A stretch of 63,507 bases of DNA, filler included, from Chiloscyllium plagiosum (GCF_004010195.1; 6 parts of 2 records of this genome joined end to end with filler, not necessarily neighbours in it); one strand, 5' to 3'. Numbered from the whole stretch's first letter, positions 12,566 through 24,850 are shown. Program-made: numbers and translations. The notes: generated from the sequence alone by a model not told the origin.

Positions 12566-15500
12566 AGGAATATGTGGGAGTTTATGGAGAGTTTCTATGT
12601 TACTGATGATTATGATTGCAGGAAATGTCTTTGGTTGTGAATCCTATCAGATCGCATGGATTGAAGCAGCAGTTAGTGGCAATAAGGAATTTATTGGAGC
12701 TGGGGGTGTGATGGACAGCACTTATAGGAAGGGAGAAAAAAGCGCAGATACAGTCAAGTCGATGTGTTATCTCCAGGAAAGGTAGAGGGGTAGTCAGGTA
12801 GTGCAGAAGTCTCCTGTGACTATCCTCATTTCAAACAAGTATGTTGCTTTGGAATATGTAGGGGGTGATGGACTCTCAGGGGACTGTAGCACAAACAGCC
12901 AAGTTTCTGGTATCAAGATAGGCTCTAATGTAATGAGGGGTATGTCGGGTTCCAAGCGATCGATTGTAATAGGGTATTCCCAAGTCAGAGGCACAGACAG
13001 GTATTTCTGTGGCCAATGGTGAAAATTCAAAATGGTGTGTTGCCTCCCTGATGCCAGGATCAAGGATGTCTCGAGAGAAAGTGCAGAAGGTTCTCAATGG
13101 GGAGAGGGGCCAGCAGGAGGTCATTGTACACATTGGAACTAACGGCATAGGAAGGGAAAAGATGAGATTCTGAAGGAAGAATATAGAAAGTTAGTCAGGA
13201 ATTTGAAAAGGAGGTCCTCGAGGGTAGTAATATTTGGATTACTGCTGATGCTACAAACTAGAACATTACAGCGCAGTACAGGCCCTTTGGCCCTTGATGT
13301 TATACCGACCTGTGGAACCAATCTAAAGCCCATCTAATTTACACTATTCCATTATCATCCATATGTTTATCAAATGAAGAGCTAGTGAGGGTAAGAATAG
13401 GAGGATAGAGCAGATGAATGTGTGGCTGAGGAGCTGGTGCAGGGGAGAAGGGTTCACAGTTTTGGATCATTGGGATCTCTTCTGGGGTAGAAGTGACCTG
13501 TACAAGAAGGACGGATTGCACCTAAATTGGAAGGGGACTAATATACTGGCAGAAAGATTTGCTCGAGCTGCTCAGGAGGATTTAAACTAGGAAGGTGTGG
13601 GGTGGAACCCAGGGAGATAGTGAGAAAAGAGATCAATCTGAGATGGGAACAGTTGGGAAAACAAGCGAGTCAAACAGTCAGGGCAGGCAGGAACAAAGCA
13701 GAGAACAAGGTAGGACTGATAAATTAAACTGCATTTATTACAATGAAAGAGGCCTAACATGGAAGGCAGATGAACTCCGGGCATGGCTAGGAACATGGGA
13801 CTGGGATATCAGGGATGGACAGGACTGGCAGCTTAATGTTCCAGGATACAAATGCTACAGGAAGGATAGAAAGGGAGGTAAGAGAGGAGGGGAATGGCAT
13901 TTGTGATAAGAGATAGCATTACACTGTCCTAGGGAGGATATTCCTGGAAATACATCCAGGGAAGTTATTTGGGTGGAACTAAGTGCAACACACCATTTTG
14001 AATTTTCACCGCTGGCCACAGAAATGCCTGTCTGTGCCTCTGACTTGGGAATACCCTATTACAATTGATCGCTTGGAACCCGACATACCCCTCATTACAT
14101 TAGAGCCTATCTTGATACCAGAAACTTGGCTGTTTGTGCTACAGTCCCCTGAGAGTCCACCACCCCCTACATTTTCCAAAGCAACATACTTGTTTGAAAT
14201 GAGGATACTCACAGGAGACTTCTGCACTACCTGAGTGGAACTGAGAAGTGAGAAAGGGATGATCACCTTATTGGGATTGTATTATAGACACCCCCAATAG
14301 TCAGCAGAAAATTGAGAAACAAATTTGTAAGGAGAACTCAGTAAGAATAACAGGGTGGTAATGTTAGGGGATTTTAACTTGCCAAACAGACTGGGACTGC
14401 CATAGTGTTAAGGGTTTAGATGGAGAGGAATTTAAGTGCGTACAAGACTCAATTTTCTGATTCAGTATGTGGATGTATCTCTTACAGAAGGTGCAAAACT
14501 TGACCTACTCTTGGGAAATAAGGCAGGGCAGATGACTGAGGTGTCAGTGGGGGAGTACTTTGGGGCCAGCGACCATAATTCTATTAGATTTAAAATAGTG
14601 ATGGAAAAGGATAGACCAGATCTAAAAGTTGAAGTCCTAAATTGGAGAAAGGCCAATTTTGACGGTATTAGGCAAGAACTTTCAAAAGCTGATTGGAGGC
14701 AGATGTTCGCAGGTTAAAGGGATGGCTGGAAAATGGGAAGCCTTTAGAAATGAGATAACCAGAGTGCTGAGACAGTATATTCCTGTCAGGGTGAAAGGGA
14801 AGGCTGATAAGGTGTAGGGAATGTTGGATGACTAGAGAAATTGAGGTTTTGGTTAAGAAAAAGAAGGAAGCATATGTAAGGTATAGACAGAATTGATCGA
14901 GTGAATGCTTAAAAGAGTATAAAGGAAGTAGGAGTATACTTAAGAGGGAAATCAGGAGGGCAAAAAGGGGACATGAGATAGCTTTGGCAAATAGAATTAA
15001 GGAGAATCCAAAGGGTTTTTGCAAATACATTAAGGGCAAAAGGGTAGCTAGGGAGAGAACAGGGCCCATCAAAGATCAGCAAGGCGGCCCATGTGTGGAA
15101 CCACAGGAGATGGGGGAGATACTAAATGAGAATTTTGCATCAGTATTTACTGTGGACAAGGGCATAGAAGATACAGACTGTGGGGAAATAGATGGTGACA
15201 TCTTGAAAAATGTCCATATTATAGAGGAAGTGGTCGTGGAAGGAGGTACTCGGCTGGTGATGTCACTGGCGGTGGAAGTGACGTCGACGATACAGCCTTC
15301 CAGTGGGGCGGAAGTGACATGCTGGAGAGGAGGTGGTGCTGGATATCTTAGAAAGCATAAAGGTGGATAAATCCCCACAACCTGATCATGTGTGCCCTAG
15401 AACTCTGTGGGGAGCTAGGGAAGTGATTGCTGGGCCCCTTACTGAGATATTTGGACAATCGATAGTCACAGGTGAGGTGCAGGAAGACTGGAGGTTGGCT

Positions 15501-16320
15501 AACTTGGTGCCACTGTTTAAGAAGGGTGGTAAGAACAAGCCAAGGAACTATAGACCAGTGAGCCTGATGTCGGTGGTGGGCAAGTTGGAGGGAATCTTGA
15601 GGGACAGGATGTACATGTATTTGGAAAAGCAAGGACTGATTAGGGATAGTCAGCATGACTTTCTGCATGGGAAATAGTGTCTCAAGAACTTGATTTGAGG
15701 TTTTTGAAGAAGTAACAAAGAGGATTCATGAGAGCAGAGTGGAAAACGTGGTCTCTGGACTTCTGTAAGGCGTTTGACAAGATTCTTCATGGGAGACTGG
15801 TTAGCAAGGTTAGATCTTATTGAATACAAGGAGAACTAGCCATTGGATACAGAACTGGCTCGAAGGTAGACAGAGAGTGGTGGTGGGGGGTTTGTTTTCA
15901 ATCCTGCAAACTTACTATCTATACCTCCTATGTTCACATCCATATCATTTAGATAAATGATGAAAAACAGAGGACCCAGCACCGATCTTTGTGGCACACG
16001 CTGGTCACAGGCCAAAATTGGAGGTGCAGTGGACAGTGAAGAAGGTTACCTCAGATTACAAAGGGATCATGATCAGATGGGCCAATGGGCTTAGGAGTGG
16101 CAGATGGAATTTAATTTAGATAAATGTGAGGTGCTGCATTTTGGAAAGGCAAATCTTAGCAGGATTTATATACATGGTGGTAAGGCCCTGGGGAGTGTTG
16201 CTGAACAAAGAGACCTTGGAGTGCAGGTTCATAGTTCATTGAAAGTGGAGTCGCAGGTAGATAGGATAGTGACGAAGGTGTTTGGTATGCTTTCCTTTAT
16301 TGGTCAGTATTGAGTACAGG
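12566..16320 (+). mobile_element. Long decayed CR1 LINE (ORF1 SGNH-esterase-like region plus ORF2 EN/RT) with nested inserts
   Basis: ORF1 motifs (IVIGxSxVRG, VHIGTN, DGLHLN) followed by ORF2 remnants (LDLLLGN, SDHNSI, RIKENPK, NYRPVSL), with many stops and frameshifts. Confidence 0.85.
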
Positions 16321-17236
16321 AGTGGGGTTCCGCAGGGCTCTGTTCTTGGGCCTCTGCTCTTTGTAGTTTTTATAAATGACTTGGATGAGGAGGTTGAGGG
16401 GTGGGTTAGTAAATTTGTAGATGACAAAAGGTTGGAAGGGGTCATCGATAGTATCGAGGGCTACTACAGGCTGCAGCGCAACATAGACAGGATGCAGAGC
16501 TGGGCTGAGAAATGNNNNNNNNNNNNNNNNNNNNNNNNNNNNNNNNNNNNNNNNNNNNNNNNNNNNNNNNNNNNTACTGCAGGCTGCAGCGCAACATAGA
16601 CAGGATGCAGAGCTGGGCTGAGAAATGGCAGATGGAGTTCAACCGAGATAAATGTGAAATTATGCATTTTGGAAGGTCGAACTCAAATGCTGAATATAGA
16701 ATTAAAGACAGGATTCTTGGCAGTGTGAAGGAACAGAGGGATCTGGGTGTACAAGTACATAGATCCCTCAAAGTCGCCACCCAAGTGGATAGGGTTGTTA
16801 AGAAAGCATGTGGTGCTTTGGTTTTCATTAACAGGGGGATCGGATTTAAGAACCATGAGGTTTTGCTACAGCTCTACAAGTCCCTGGTGAGACCACACTT
16901 GGAATATTGTGTCCAGTTCTGGTCACCCTACTATAGGAAAGATACAGAGGCTTTGGAGAAGGTGCAAAGAAGGTTTACCAGGATGTTGCCTGGACTGGAG
17001 GGGTGCCTTATGAAGAGAGGTTGAATAAGCTCGGACACTTCTCTCCGGAGAGAAAGAGGAAGAGAGGTGACCTGATTGAGGAATACAAGATAATGAGAGG
17101 AATAGATAGAGTTAAGAGCCAGAGACTTTTCCCCAGAGCAGGATTGACTGGTACGAGGAGTCATAGTTTGAAGATATTAGGAGGAAGGTATAAAGGAGGC
17201 GTCAGAGGTAGGTTCTTTATGCAGAGAGTTGTGAAA
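16320..17236 (+). mobile_element. CR1 RT 3' fragment spanning a small N gap (16515-16574)
   Basis: SGVPQGSVLGPLLF...INDLD...KFVDD...LVRPHLEYCVQFWSP. Confidence 0.9.
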
Positions 17237-17894
17237 ACCTGTGCCCACACCTCCTCCCTCACCTCCATCCAAGGCCCTAAAGTAGCCTTCCACATCCATC
17301 AAGGTTTTACCTGCACATCCACCAATATCATTTATTGTATCCGTTGCTCCCGATGTGGTCTCCTCTACATTGGGGAGACTGGACACCTCCTAGCAGAGTG
17401 CTTTAGGGAACATCTCCGGGAGACCCGCACCAATCAACCACACCACCCTGTGGCCCAACATTTCAACTCCCTCTCCCACTCTGCCGAGGATATGGAGGTC
17501 CTGGGCTTCCTCCATTGTCGCTCGCTTACCACCAGACGCCTGGAGGAAGAACGCCTCATCTTCCGCCTTGGAACACTTCAACCCCAGGGCATCAATGTGG
17601 ATTTCACCAGTTTCCTCATTTCCCCTTCCCTCACCTCACTCCAGCTCCAACCTTCCAGCTCAGCACCACCCTCATTACCTCCTCTCTAAACTATCACCTC
17701 CATCCCCACCCCCATTCACCTATTGTACTCTATGCTACTTTCTCCCCACACCCACCCCCCTCTCATTTATCTCTCCACTCTGCAGGCACCCTGCCTCTCT
17801 TCCTGACGAAGGGCCTTTGCCCGAAACATCGATTTTCCTGCTCCTCGGATGCTGCCTGACCTGCTGTGCTTTTCCAACACCACTCTAATCTAGA
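17237..17894 (+). mobile_element. Penelope-like (Neptune-type) 3' fragment with GIY-YIG domain and hammerhead-bearing terminus
   Basis: FTCTSTNIIYCIRCSRCGLLYIGETG...FREH...LGTLQPQGIN; ctgacgaagggcctttgcccgaaac at about 17803-17827. Confidence 0.88.
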
Positions 17895-18299
17895 CCCTGT
17901 TCTGTGCTATACTTTTCTATGTTCTATGATATCTGGTCAGCATGGATGAGTTGGACTGAAGGGTCTGTTTCCATGCTGTACATCTCTCTGACTCTATGTC
18001 CCATAGCCTTGACTGTTGTGACATTTCAAGTGTTCATCCAAGTAATTTTTTAAGCCTGTGAGGTTTTCCACCTCAACAACCCTTCCAGGCTGTGCATTCC
18101 AGATTCCCACCATCGTCTAGATAGAAAAAGTATTTCCTGAAATACATCTAAACTTTCTGCCTTTCACTTGAAAATTATGGCCCTTTGTTATTGAACAAGA
18201 AGGTGATGTTGAAATTCTACAAGGCACATGTTAGACCTGAGCTGGAGTATTATATATCGGTTGTGAGTGCCACACTATAGGAAAGATGTGAATGCTGGA

Positions 18300-18765
18300 T
18301 ATAGGTTTCATTTGGTTGGTGATGTAATTTCCTGTGGTAACATCATTTCCTATGGAGGATGTCCAAGTTAAAGTGGTGTACTTCCTCATCCAGCTATCCT
18401 TACATACAGATGAGGAAGGGCACCACTTTGACTGGGACAACAGGTCCATCCTGGGACAAGCCAAACGGGGACATACACGAGAATTCCTAGAAGCATGGCA
18501 TTCCAGCCAGAACTGTATCAACAAACACATTGACTTGGATCCCATATACCAACCCTGAGAAAAAGAACAGGAAATGGCATCACCATAGGAAATGATGTAA
18601 CCACAAGAAGTGACATCACCAACCCAAGGAAACCCCAACATATAAATAGAAAGTGGGCTACACCACCAGAGCTTCATCTGGAGGCTCACTGAAGACGTTA
18701 CCTAGTATGGTGATGAAATGTCTGAAAACAAACCTTCCAACTCAGCAAGCAAACCTATATTCAGA
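18300..18765. mobile_element. Poseidon-like PLE 3' fragment with a short inverted 5' piece
   Basis: HHFDWDNRSILGQAK...EFLEAWHS...INKHIDLDPIYQP; degenerate hammerhead at 18686-18725. Confidence 0.8.
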
Positions 18766-18776
18766 GGCATAGAGTT

Positions 18777-19081
18777 AAGATTAGATGATTAGATTACTTA
18801 CAGTGTGAAACAGGCCCTTCAGCCCAACAATCCACACCGACTCTCCAAAGAGCAACCCACTCAGACCCATTCCCCTACATCTACCCCTTCACCTAACACT
18901 ACGGGCAATTTTCCAAGGCCAATTCACCTAACCTGCACATTTTTGGAATGTGGGAGAAAATCAGAGCACCCGGAGTAAACCCACGCAGACACGGGGAGAA
19001 TGTGCAAACTCCACACAGACAGTTGCGAGAATTGAACACGGGTCTCTGGCGCTGTGAGGCAGCAGTGCCATCATGCCGCCC
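18777..19081 (-). mobile_element. HE1-like V-SINE
   Basis: Reverse complement of the copies at 28446, 51433 and 53679. Confidence 0.9.
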
Positions 19082-19142
19082 ACAAAGTGATGTGCAATCG
19101 AGGCAAGGGTGTTGTAATGAAAAGATGATTTATCAACTTGTT

Positions 19143-19695
19143 GGAGGGTCAGCACTGAGGGAGTGCCGCAGTGTCAGAGGGTCAGTGCTGAGGGGTGCTG
19201 CACTGTCGGAGGGTCAGTGCTGAGGAACTGCCGCACTGTCAGAGGATCAGTTCTGAGGGAGTGCCGCACTGTTGGAGGATCAGTGCTGAGGGAGTGCTGC
19301 ACTGTCAGATGGTCAGTACTGAGAGAGTGCCGCACTATTGGAGGGTCAGTGCTGAGGGAGTGCTGCACTGTCAGAGGGTCAGTACTGAGAGAATGGGTAC
19401 TGTCAGAAGGTGAATGAGTGCTGCACAGTCGGAGGCTCAGTGCTAAGGGCGTGCCATGCTGTCTGAGGGTCAGTGCTGAGGGAGTGCCGCACTGTCAGAG
19501 GGTCAGTGCTGAGGAAGTGGGCACTGTTAGAGGGTCAGTACTGAGAGAGTGGGGACTGTCGGAGAGTCAGTGCTGAGGGAACACGCAATGTCAAAGGGTC
19601 AGTGTGCTGACGAAGTGCCGCTCTGTCGGAGGGTCCAAGCTGAGGGAGTGCAGCATTGTCAGAGGATCAGTGCTGAGGGAACACCATACTGTCAG
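19143..19695. repeat. Degenerate 33-bp minisatellite (gagggtcagtgctgagggagtgccgcactgtca), about 16 units
   Basis: Visible 33-bp periodicity; the 11-aa repeats in the ORF track reflect it. Confidence 0.95.
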
Positions 19696-19784
19696 AAGCA
19701 CAATCCCTCCTATGGACATAAAGTGAGCCTCCATTGTCCTGTTTTGATGGATGTTAACAGATTTCTTGACCTGTTTGAAGCCAA

Positions 19785-20715
19785 GAGATGCAGTGGAGTG
19801 CCACAGGGATCAGTGCTGGGGTCACAATTATTTGCAACATAGATTAATGACTTGAATGAGGAAAGTGAATATTATCAGCAAATTTGCAGATGACACTGAT
19901 TGGAAAAGCAGGTAGTGAAAATGACACAAAGAGTTTATGGAGGGATGTGGGCATGTTAACTGAATGGGCATAAATTTGTCAGTTGGAATATAATGTGGGA
20001 AATGTGAAGTACTTTGGCAGGAGGAGTACAGGAGCAAATATTATTTAAATGGAGAAAGCACTGAGGGATTTGGGAGTCCTCATCCATGAATCACAAAATT
20101 ATGTCATCGAAATTCAGCAGGTAATCAGGAAGGCCACTGTTTCAAAGGGATTGGAGTATAAAAGCAGGGAGATTTTGCTAAAACTATACAAGGCACTAGT
20201 CTGTTAACAGCTGGAATACTGTGGTTCCCTTTTCTAAGGAAAGATAGACACTTTCCTGCTGTTGATTTTACAGGCCATTCAGAGAAGGTACATTCAGCTG
20301 ATGCTGGTTATGGAGGGGCTGTCCTTATGAGGAGGGGTTCAGTAGGTTGGTCCTGTATTTATTTGAGTTTAGAAAAATTAAAGGTGACTTTATTGAAACA
20401 TTGCAGATTCTTAGGGATTGTGACAGAGTAGATGCTGAAAGGTTGTTTTCTGATGTGAGAGCATCTTGGACTGGGGGGGAATCATCTCAGAATAAGGAAA
20501 AGCTTATTTATGATAGAGATGAGGGAAAATTTCTTCTCCCAGAGGGGAGTGAATCTGTGAAATTCTTTATCACAGAGGGCTGTGAAGGCTGAGTCATTGA
20601 GTCAAGGCTAAGATGGACAGGTTTGTAATCAGTGAGGGGATCGAGGGTTCCAGGGAAAAGGCAGGACAGTGGAGTTGAGGATTATCAGATCAGCAATGAT
20701 CCCACTGAATTCTGA
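19785..20715 (+). mobile_element. Old CR1 RT/3' fragment
   Basis: SGVPQGSVLG and KFADDT remnants with many stops. Confidence 0.75.
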
Positions 20716-20839
20716 AGCAGAAAACAGTCTTATGGCCATGAGGCTAAGATTCCATTTTTGTGGGCTCCCAGGAAAATGGTAGTTGTGCGTGTCACTGGAT
20801 TAAGATAATTTCCAGCAGTTTGATTTTACAGCAATTAAA

Positions 20840-20857
20840 TTTATTATTCTGTTTATT
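20840..20857 (-). terminator. Two AATAAA polyadenylation signals of the DNHD1-like gene
   Basis: tttatt on the + strand at 20840-20845 and 20852-20857, about 40-60 bp after the stop codon. Confidence 0.6.
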
Positions 20858-20898
20858 TTTAATTTAGCTCAGGGCAATGTTGATGTTGAACATTAGCT

Positions 20899-21243
20899 TC
20901 AGATGACGCTCACAATGTGAACTCGTCGTTGTGCGCAGACCAAAGGGTCCATCCTTGACTCGAGGGGTAAGTGGGTGATCACATTGCTGTCTTGCAGGTC
21001 CACCGTAATGTTCTCTGCTCCCTGGTAGACTGGGCACTTGTAGAATGGGTAAAGGTGCTGGGTGCTGATTGCCTCATTATGTTCTGCCCTCAGCCACACT
21101 GCTGGAATGTTGCAGGGTTTGATGGAGAGAGTATCCTGCAGGAGGCTGTGTGTCGTGTCCCAGAGTGCGTTATGTATCCTGAGGCCGGTTATGTAGATAC
21201 CATCCACGGGGGGGGTGGTGGGAGGGAGGGAACTACCCAAGAC
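20899..21243 (-). CDS. DNHD1: Dynein heavy chain domain-containing protein 1-like, terminal coding exon (dynein C-terminal barrel)
   Basis: VLGSSLPP...GIYITGLRIHNALWD...IPAVWLRA...FYKCPVY...ITHLPLESRMDPLVCAQRRVHIVSVI* matches the dynein C-terminal pattern (GxYixGL..A.WD, Y.CPVY). Acceptor tttcag at 21244-21249 and TGA at 20899-20901. Confidence 0.85.
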   Translation of the reverse strand, partial: VLGSSLPPTTPPVDGIYITGLRIHNALWDTTHSLLQDTLSIKPCNIPAVWLRAEHNEAISTQHLYPFYKCPVYQGAENITVDLQDSNVITHLPLESRMDPLVCAQRRVHIVSVI

Positions 21244-21446
21244 CTGAAACATATTAAACAAATGTCTAGACACTGATCAGCAACTCATGGACAGACTGGC
21301 TTCACTCAGAGTGATACTATCAACTGTTTGCAGAGAGAGCCCAGTTCAACCCTTCACCTCCAAACTGATTCCAGGCAGGAGCAGGAGAGAAACATGAGGA
21401 GATATTGACCAGTCAGCAGCAGGTAACTGAGGGCAATCAACTAGCA

Positions 21447-21684
21447 CGGTCACATTCCGGGTGTGTGATCCGGTCACATTCCGGGTGTGTGATCCGGTCA
21501 CATTCTGGGTGTGTGATCTGGTCACATTCCGGGTGTGTGATCCGGTCACAATCCGGGTTTGTGATCCGGTCACATTCCGGGCCGGGTGTGTGATCCGGTC
21601 ACAATCCGGGTTTGTGATCCGGTCACATTCCGGGTGTGTGATCCGGGTGTGTGATCCGGTCACATTCCGGGTGTGTGATCTGGT
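21447..21684. repeat. 24-bp CpG-rich minisatellite (ccggtcacattccgggtgtgtgat), about 10 units
   Basis: Directly visible tandem array, about 200 bp into the last intron of the DNHD1-like gene. Confidence 0.95.
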
Positions 21685-22288
21685 CCAGTTTGTGATGTTG
21701 GTGTCACTGACAAGACAAGCATTTATCACCCATCTTTAATTCCCACTTCGTGGGCTCTGGAGTCACATGGTCACCGTTGTGGGAGTCTGGAAGGCACCGC
21801 CTGGGAGGAGGGGAGGAGAGGCAGGAAACCTCACAACCTCCAATAAGTACTTGGTGTGCACTTGAAATCTCATAACATTTAAGGCAATGGGCCTGGTGTA
21901 GACTAAATGGGCTGAAGGGCCTCTTCTCTACTGTCTGACTCTGTAAGGTCAATTCTTTTTATAATTGACTTCAAATGTCGCTGTAAGCCTTTGGTGGGAT
22001 TTGAACCCATGACTCCAGAAGCTCTGGGTTCCTAGTTCAGTGGCATGACCACTACACCAGCACCTCTCCTGAGTGCCACCATTTCTGCTCTTCCTCCATG
22101 GTCCTGCAAAATAATTCCCCTTCAAGTATTTCTCCAGTTCCCTTTTGAAAGGTTCCTGTTGAGTCTGTTCCCACCACCCCTTCAGGCAGCATATTCCAGA
22201 TCACAGCAGCTCGTTAAGGGAAATAAATCCTCATCACCTCACCTGGTTCTTTGGAGAATAACTTCCTGCACAAGGAAGTTCGTGAGAG

Positions 22289-22493
22289 GAGCTGAAAATG
22301 TGTTGCTGGAAAAGCGCAGCAGGTCAGTCAGCATCCAAGGAACAGGAGAATCGACGTTTCGGGCATAAGCCCTTCTTCAGGAATGAGGAAACTGTGTCCA
22401 GCAGGCTAAGATAAAAGGTAGGGAGGAGGGACTTGGGGGAGGGGCTTTGGAAATGCGATAAGTGGAGGGAGGTCAAGGTGAGGGTGATAGGCC
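22289..22493 (-). mobile_element. PLE terminal repeat running into a gap; hammerhead motif at 22349-22384
   Basis: gctgaaaatgtgttgctggaaaag...gacgtttcgggcataagcccttcttcaggaat. Confidence 0.85.
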
Positions 22494-22593
22494 NNNNNNN
22501 NNNNNNNNNNNNNNNNNNNNNNNNNNNNNNNNNNNNNTTAATTAATTAANNNNNNNNNNNNNNNNNNNNNNNNNNNNNNNNNNNNNNNNNNNN

Positions 22594-23950
22594 TTCTTGG
22601 ACTATTAGGAGGCCTGTAAAAAACTCCTAACTGGGTGAGCTCACCTTTCCTATTCCTAACCTCAGCCCAAACTACCTCAGATGGCGAGTCTTCATCCATC
22701 GTCCTTTCCACAGCTGTAATACTATCTTTGACAAGCAATGCCACACCTCCCCCTCTTTTACCCCCACCTCTGTCCCTACTAAAACATTTAAACCCTGGAA
22801 CCTACAACAGCCAATCCTGTCCCTGTTCTACCCATGTCTCCGTAATAGCCACAACATCGAAGTCCCATATTTGAAAATTATTAAAGGGCCACAGGGAAAG
22901 GCTGGAAAGTCAGACTAACTAACTCTTTTGGGAGCTAGCACAGACATGGTGAGCTAATGGCCTCCTTCTGGACTGTAAAATGTTATGATTCAATATTGTG
23001 AATAGCTGGGTCCTGGCACTGATCCCTGTGACACCCCACTTGTCACTGCTTACCATTCTGAAAAAGACCCAAAAGCTTTCTGAAAGTTCATATAAACCAC
23101 ACCCACTAGCTTCCCTCATTAACTCTACTAGTTATATCCCTAAAAAATTCCAGAATGTTTGTGAAACATGATTTCCTTTTTGTAAATCCATGCTCAATCT
23201 GTCCAATCCTGTTACTGGTTTCCAAGTGCTCTGCAATTAAATCTTTTATAACAGACTCTAACATCTTCCTCAGTACTGACACCAGACTGACTGGTCAATA
23301 ATTCCCTGTTTTCTCTCTGCCTCCCTTTTTGAATAGTGGGGTTAAATGAGCCACCCTCCAATCTGTGAAAATTGTTCCAGAGTCAAAAGAATCTTAGAGA
23401 ACAACCACCAATGCACCTGCCATTTCTGGAGCCACTGCCTTAAGTACTCTGGGATGTAGATTATCCGAAACTGGGAATTTATCGGCCTTCAATCCCATCA
23501 TTTCTCCCAACACCATTTCCCTCCTAATACTGATTCCCATCACTTCCTCCCTCTCTTTAAACCCTGTGTTCCCAACATTTCTAGCATGTTGTGTGTGTCC
23601 TCCTTTGTGAACACAGAACCAAAGGATGTATTTATTTGGTCAGCCATTTATTTGCTTCCCATTATAAATTATTCTGCTTCTGACTGTAAGGGACTGACTC
23701 TCTCTGATTTCACTTGAAAGCCACAGTATCGCTTCCTTTCCAATTCTGCTTTTGCATGAAATGTTTACAGTTCTCCGATCTGCTCTTTGAATATTTGCAA
23801 TTGCCTTTTCAATGTCATTCCTTTAAGTAAAATTCTCCAATTTATCATGGCCAACCCACACCTCATACAATCATAAGTTCCTTCATCTTTATCCTTTTAA
23901 ATACCTGTAGAAACATTTGCTATTCACTCTGAAATTCTTAACTTACATTT
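22594..23950 (-). mobile_element. CR1 fragments (endonuclease piece 22594-22868; older RT piece about 22990-23950)
   Basis: VALLVKDSI...GVFYRPPNS translation, plus decayed RT-like sequence. Confidence 0.75.
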
Positions 23951-24029
23951 GAGGGTTTTCTTAACTTCCATAATTCATATTATCAATCATTCCATGCAAG
24001 GCACAGCAGACTTGATGGGCTGAATGGTT

Positions 24030-24680
24030 CTCAGCATTGACCCTCTGACACTGCAGCACTCCCTCAGCACTGACCCTCTGACAGTGCGGCACTCCCTCAG
24101 CACTGACGCTCTGACAGTGCGGCACTCCCTCAGCACTGACGCTCTGACAGTGCGGCACTCCCTCAGCACTGACGCTCTGACAGTGCGGCACTCCCTCAGC
24201 ACTGACGCTCTGACAGTGCGGCACTCCCTCAGCACTGACGCTCTGACAGTGCGGCACTCCCTCAGCACTGACGCTCTGACAGTGCGGCACTCCCTCAGCA
24301 CTGACGCTCTGACAGTGCGGCACTCCCTCAGCACTGACGCTCTGACAGTGCGGCACTCCCTCAGCACTGACGCTCTGACAGTGCGGCACTCCCTCAGCAC
24401 TGACGCTCTGACAGTGCGGCACTCCCTCAGCACTGACCCTCCGACACTGCAGCACTCCCTCAGCACTGACCCTCTGACAGTGCAGCACTCCCTCAGCACT
24501 GACCCTCTCACAGTGCAGCACTCCCTCAGCGCTGACCCTCTGACAGTGCAGCACTCCCTCAGTACTGACAGTGCAGCACTCCCTCAGTACTGTCCCTCTG
24601 ACAGTGCGGCGCTGTCTCAGCATTGACTCTCTGACAGTGCAGCACTCTCTCAGTACTGACCCTCAATACTGACCCTCAGT
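24030..24680. repeat. 33-bp minisatellite with 10 identical core units (24090-24419), opposite orientation to 19143-19695
   Basis: cactccctcagcactgacgctctgacagtgcgg repeated exactly ten times, with degenerate flanking units. Confidence 0.97.
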
Positions 24681-24850
24681 AGGGCAACACTGTCTCAGTG
24701 GTGCACTGGGAATGTCAGCCTGGATTGTGAATGGATGTATTTCTATTTGTGTTGACTGCATGAGTGTCTGACTTGAGAGTTGGAGTGCTCCATGCAGAGA
24801 GATGGCTGGACCATGTTGCTGCAATCAATCTCTTTCTCTTGCCTTCATAC

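Noticed and set aside
16465..16625. About 50-bp direct repeat on either side of an N gap
   Set aside because: This is typical overlapping contig ends and so an assembly artefact.
17003..17689. 228-aa ORF fusing a CR1 C-terminus to a GIY-YIG domain
   Set aside because: It is chance in-frame read-through across the junction of two truncated retroelements at about 17237.
23961..24626. Long repetitive ORFs on both strands and a CRISPR-like appearance
   Set aside because: It is a head-to-tail 33-bp minisatellite with no spacers; the unit lacks stop codons in these frames.
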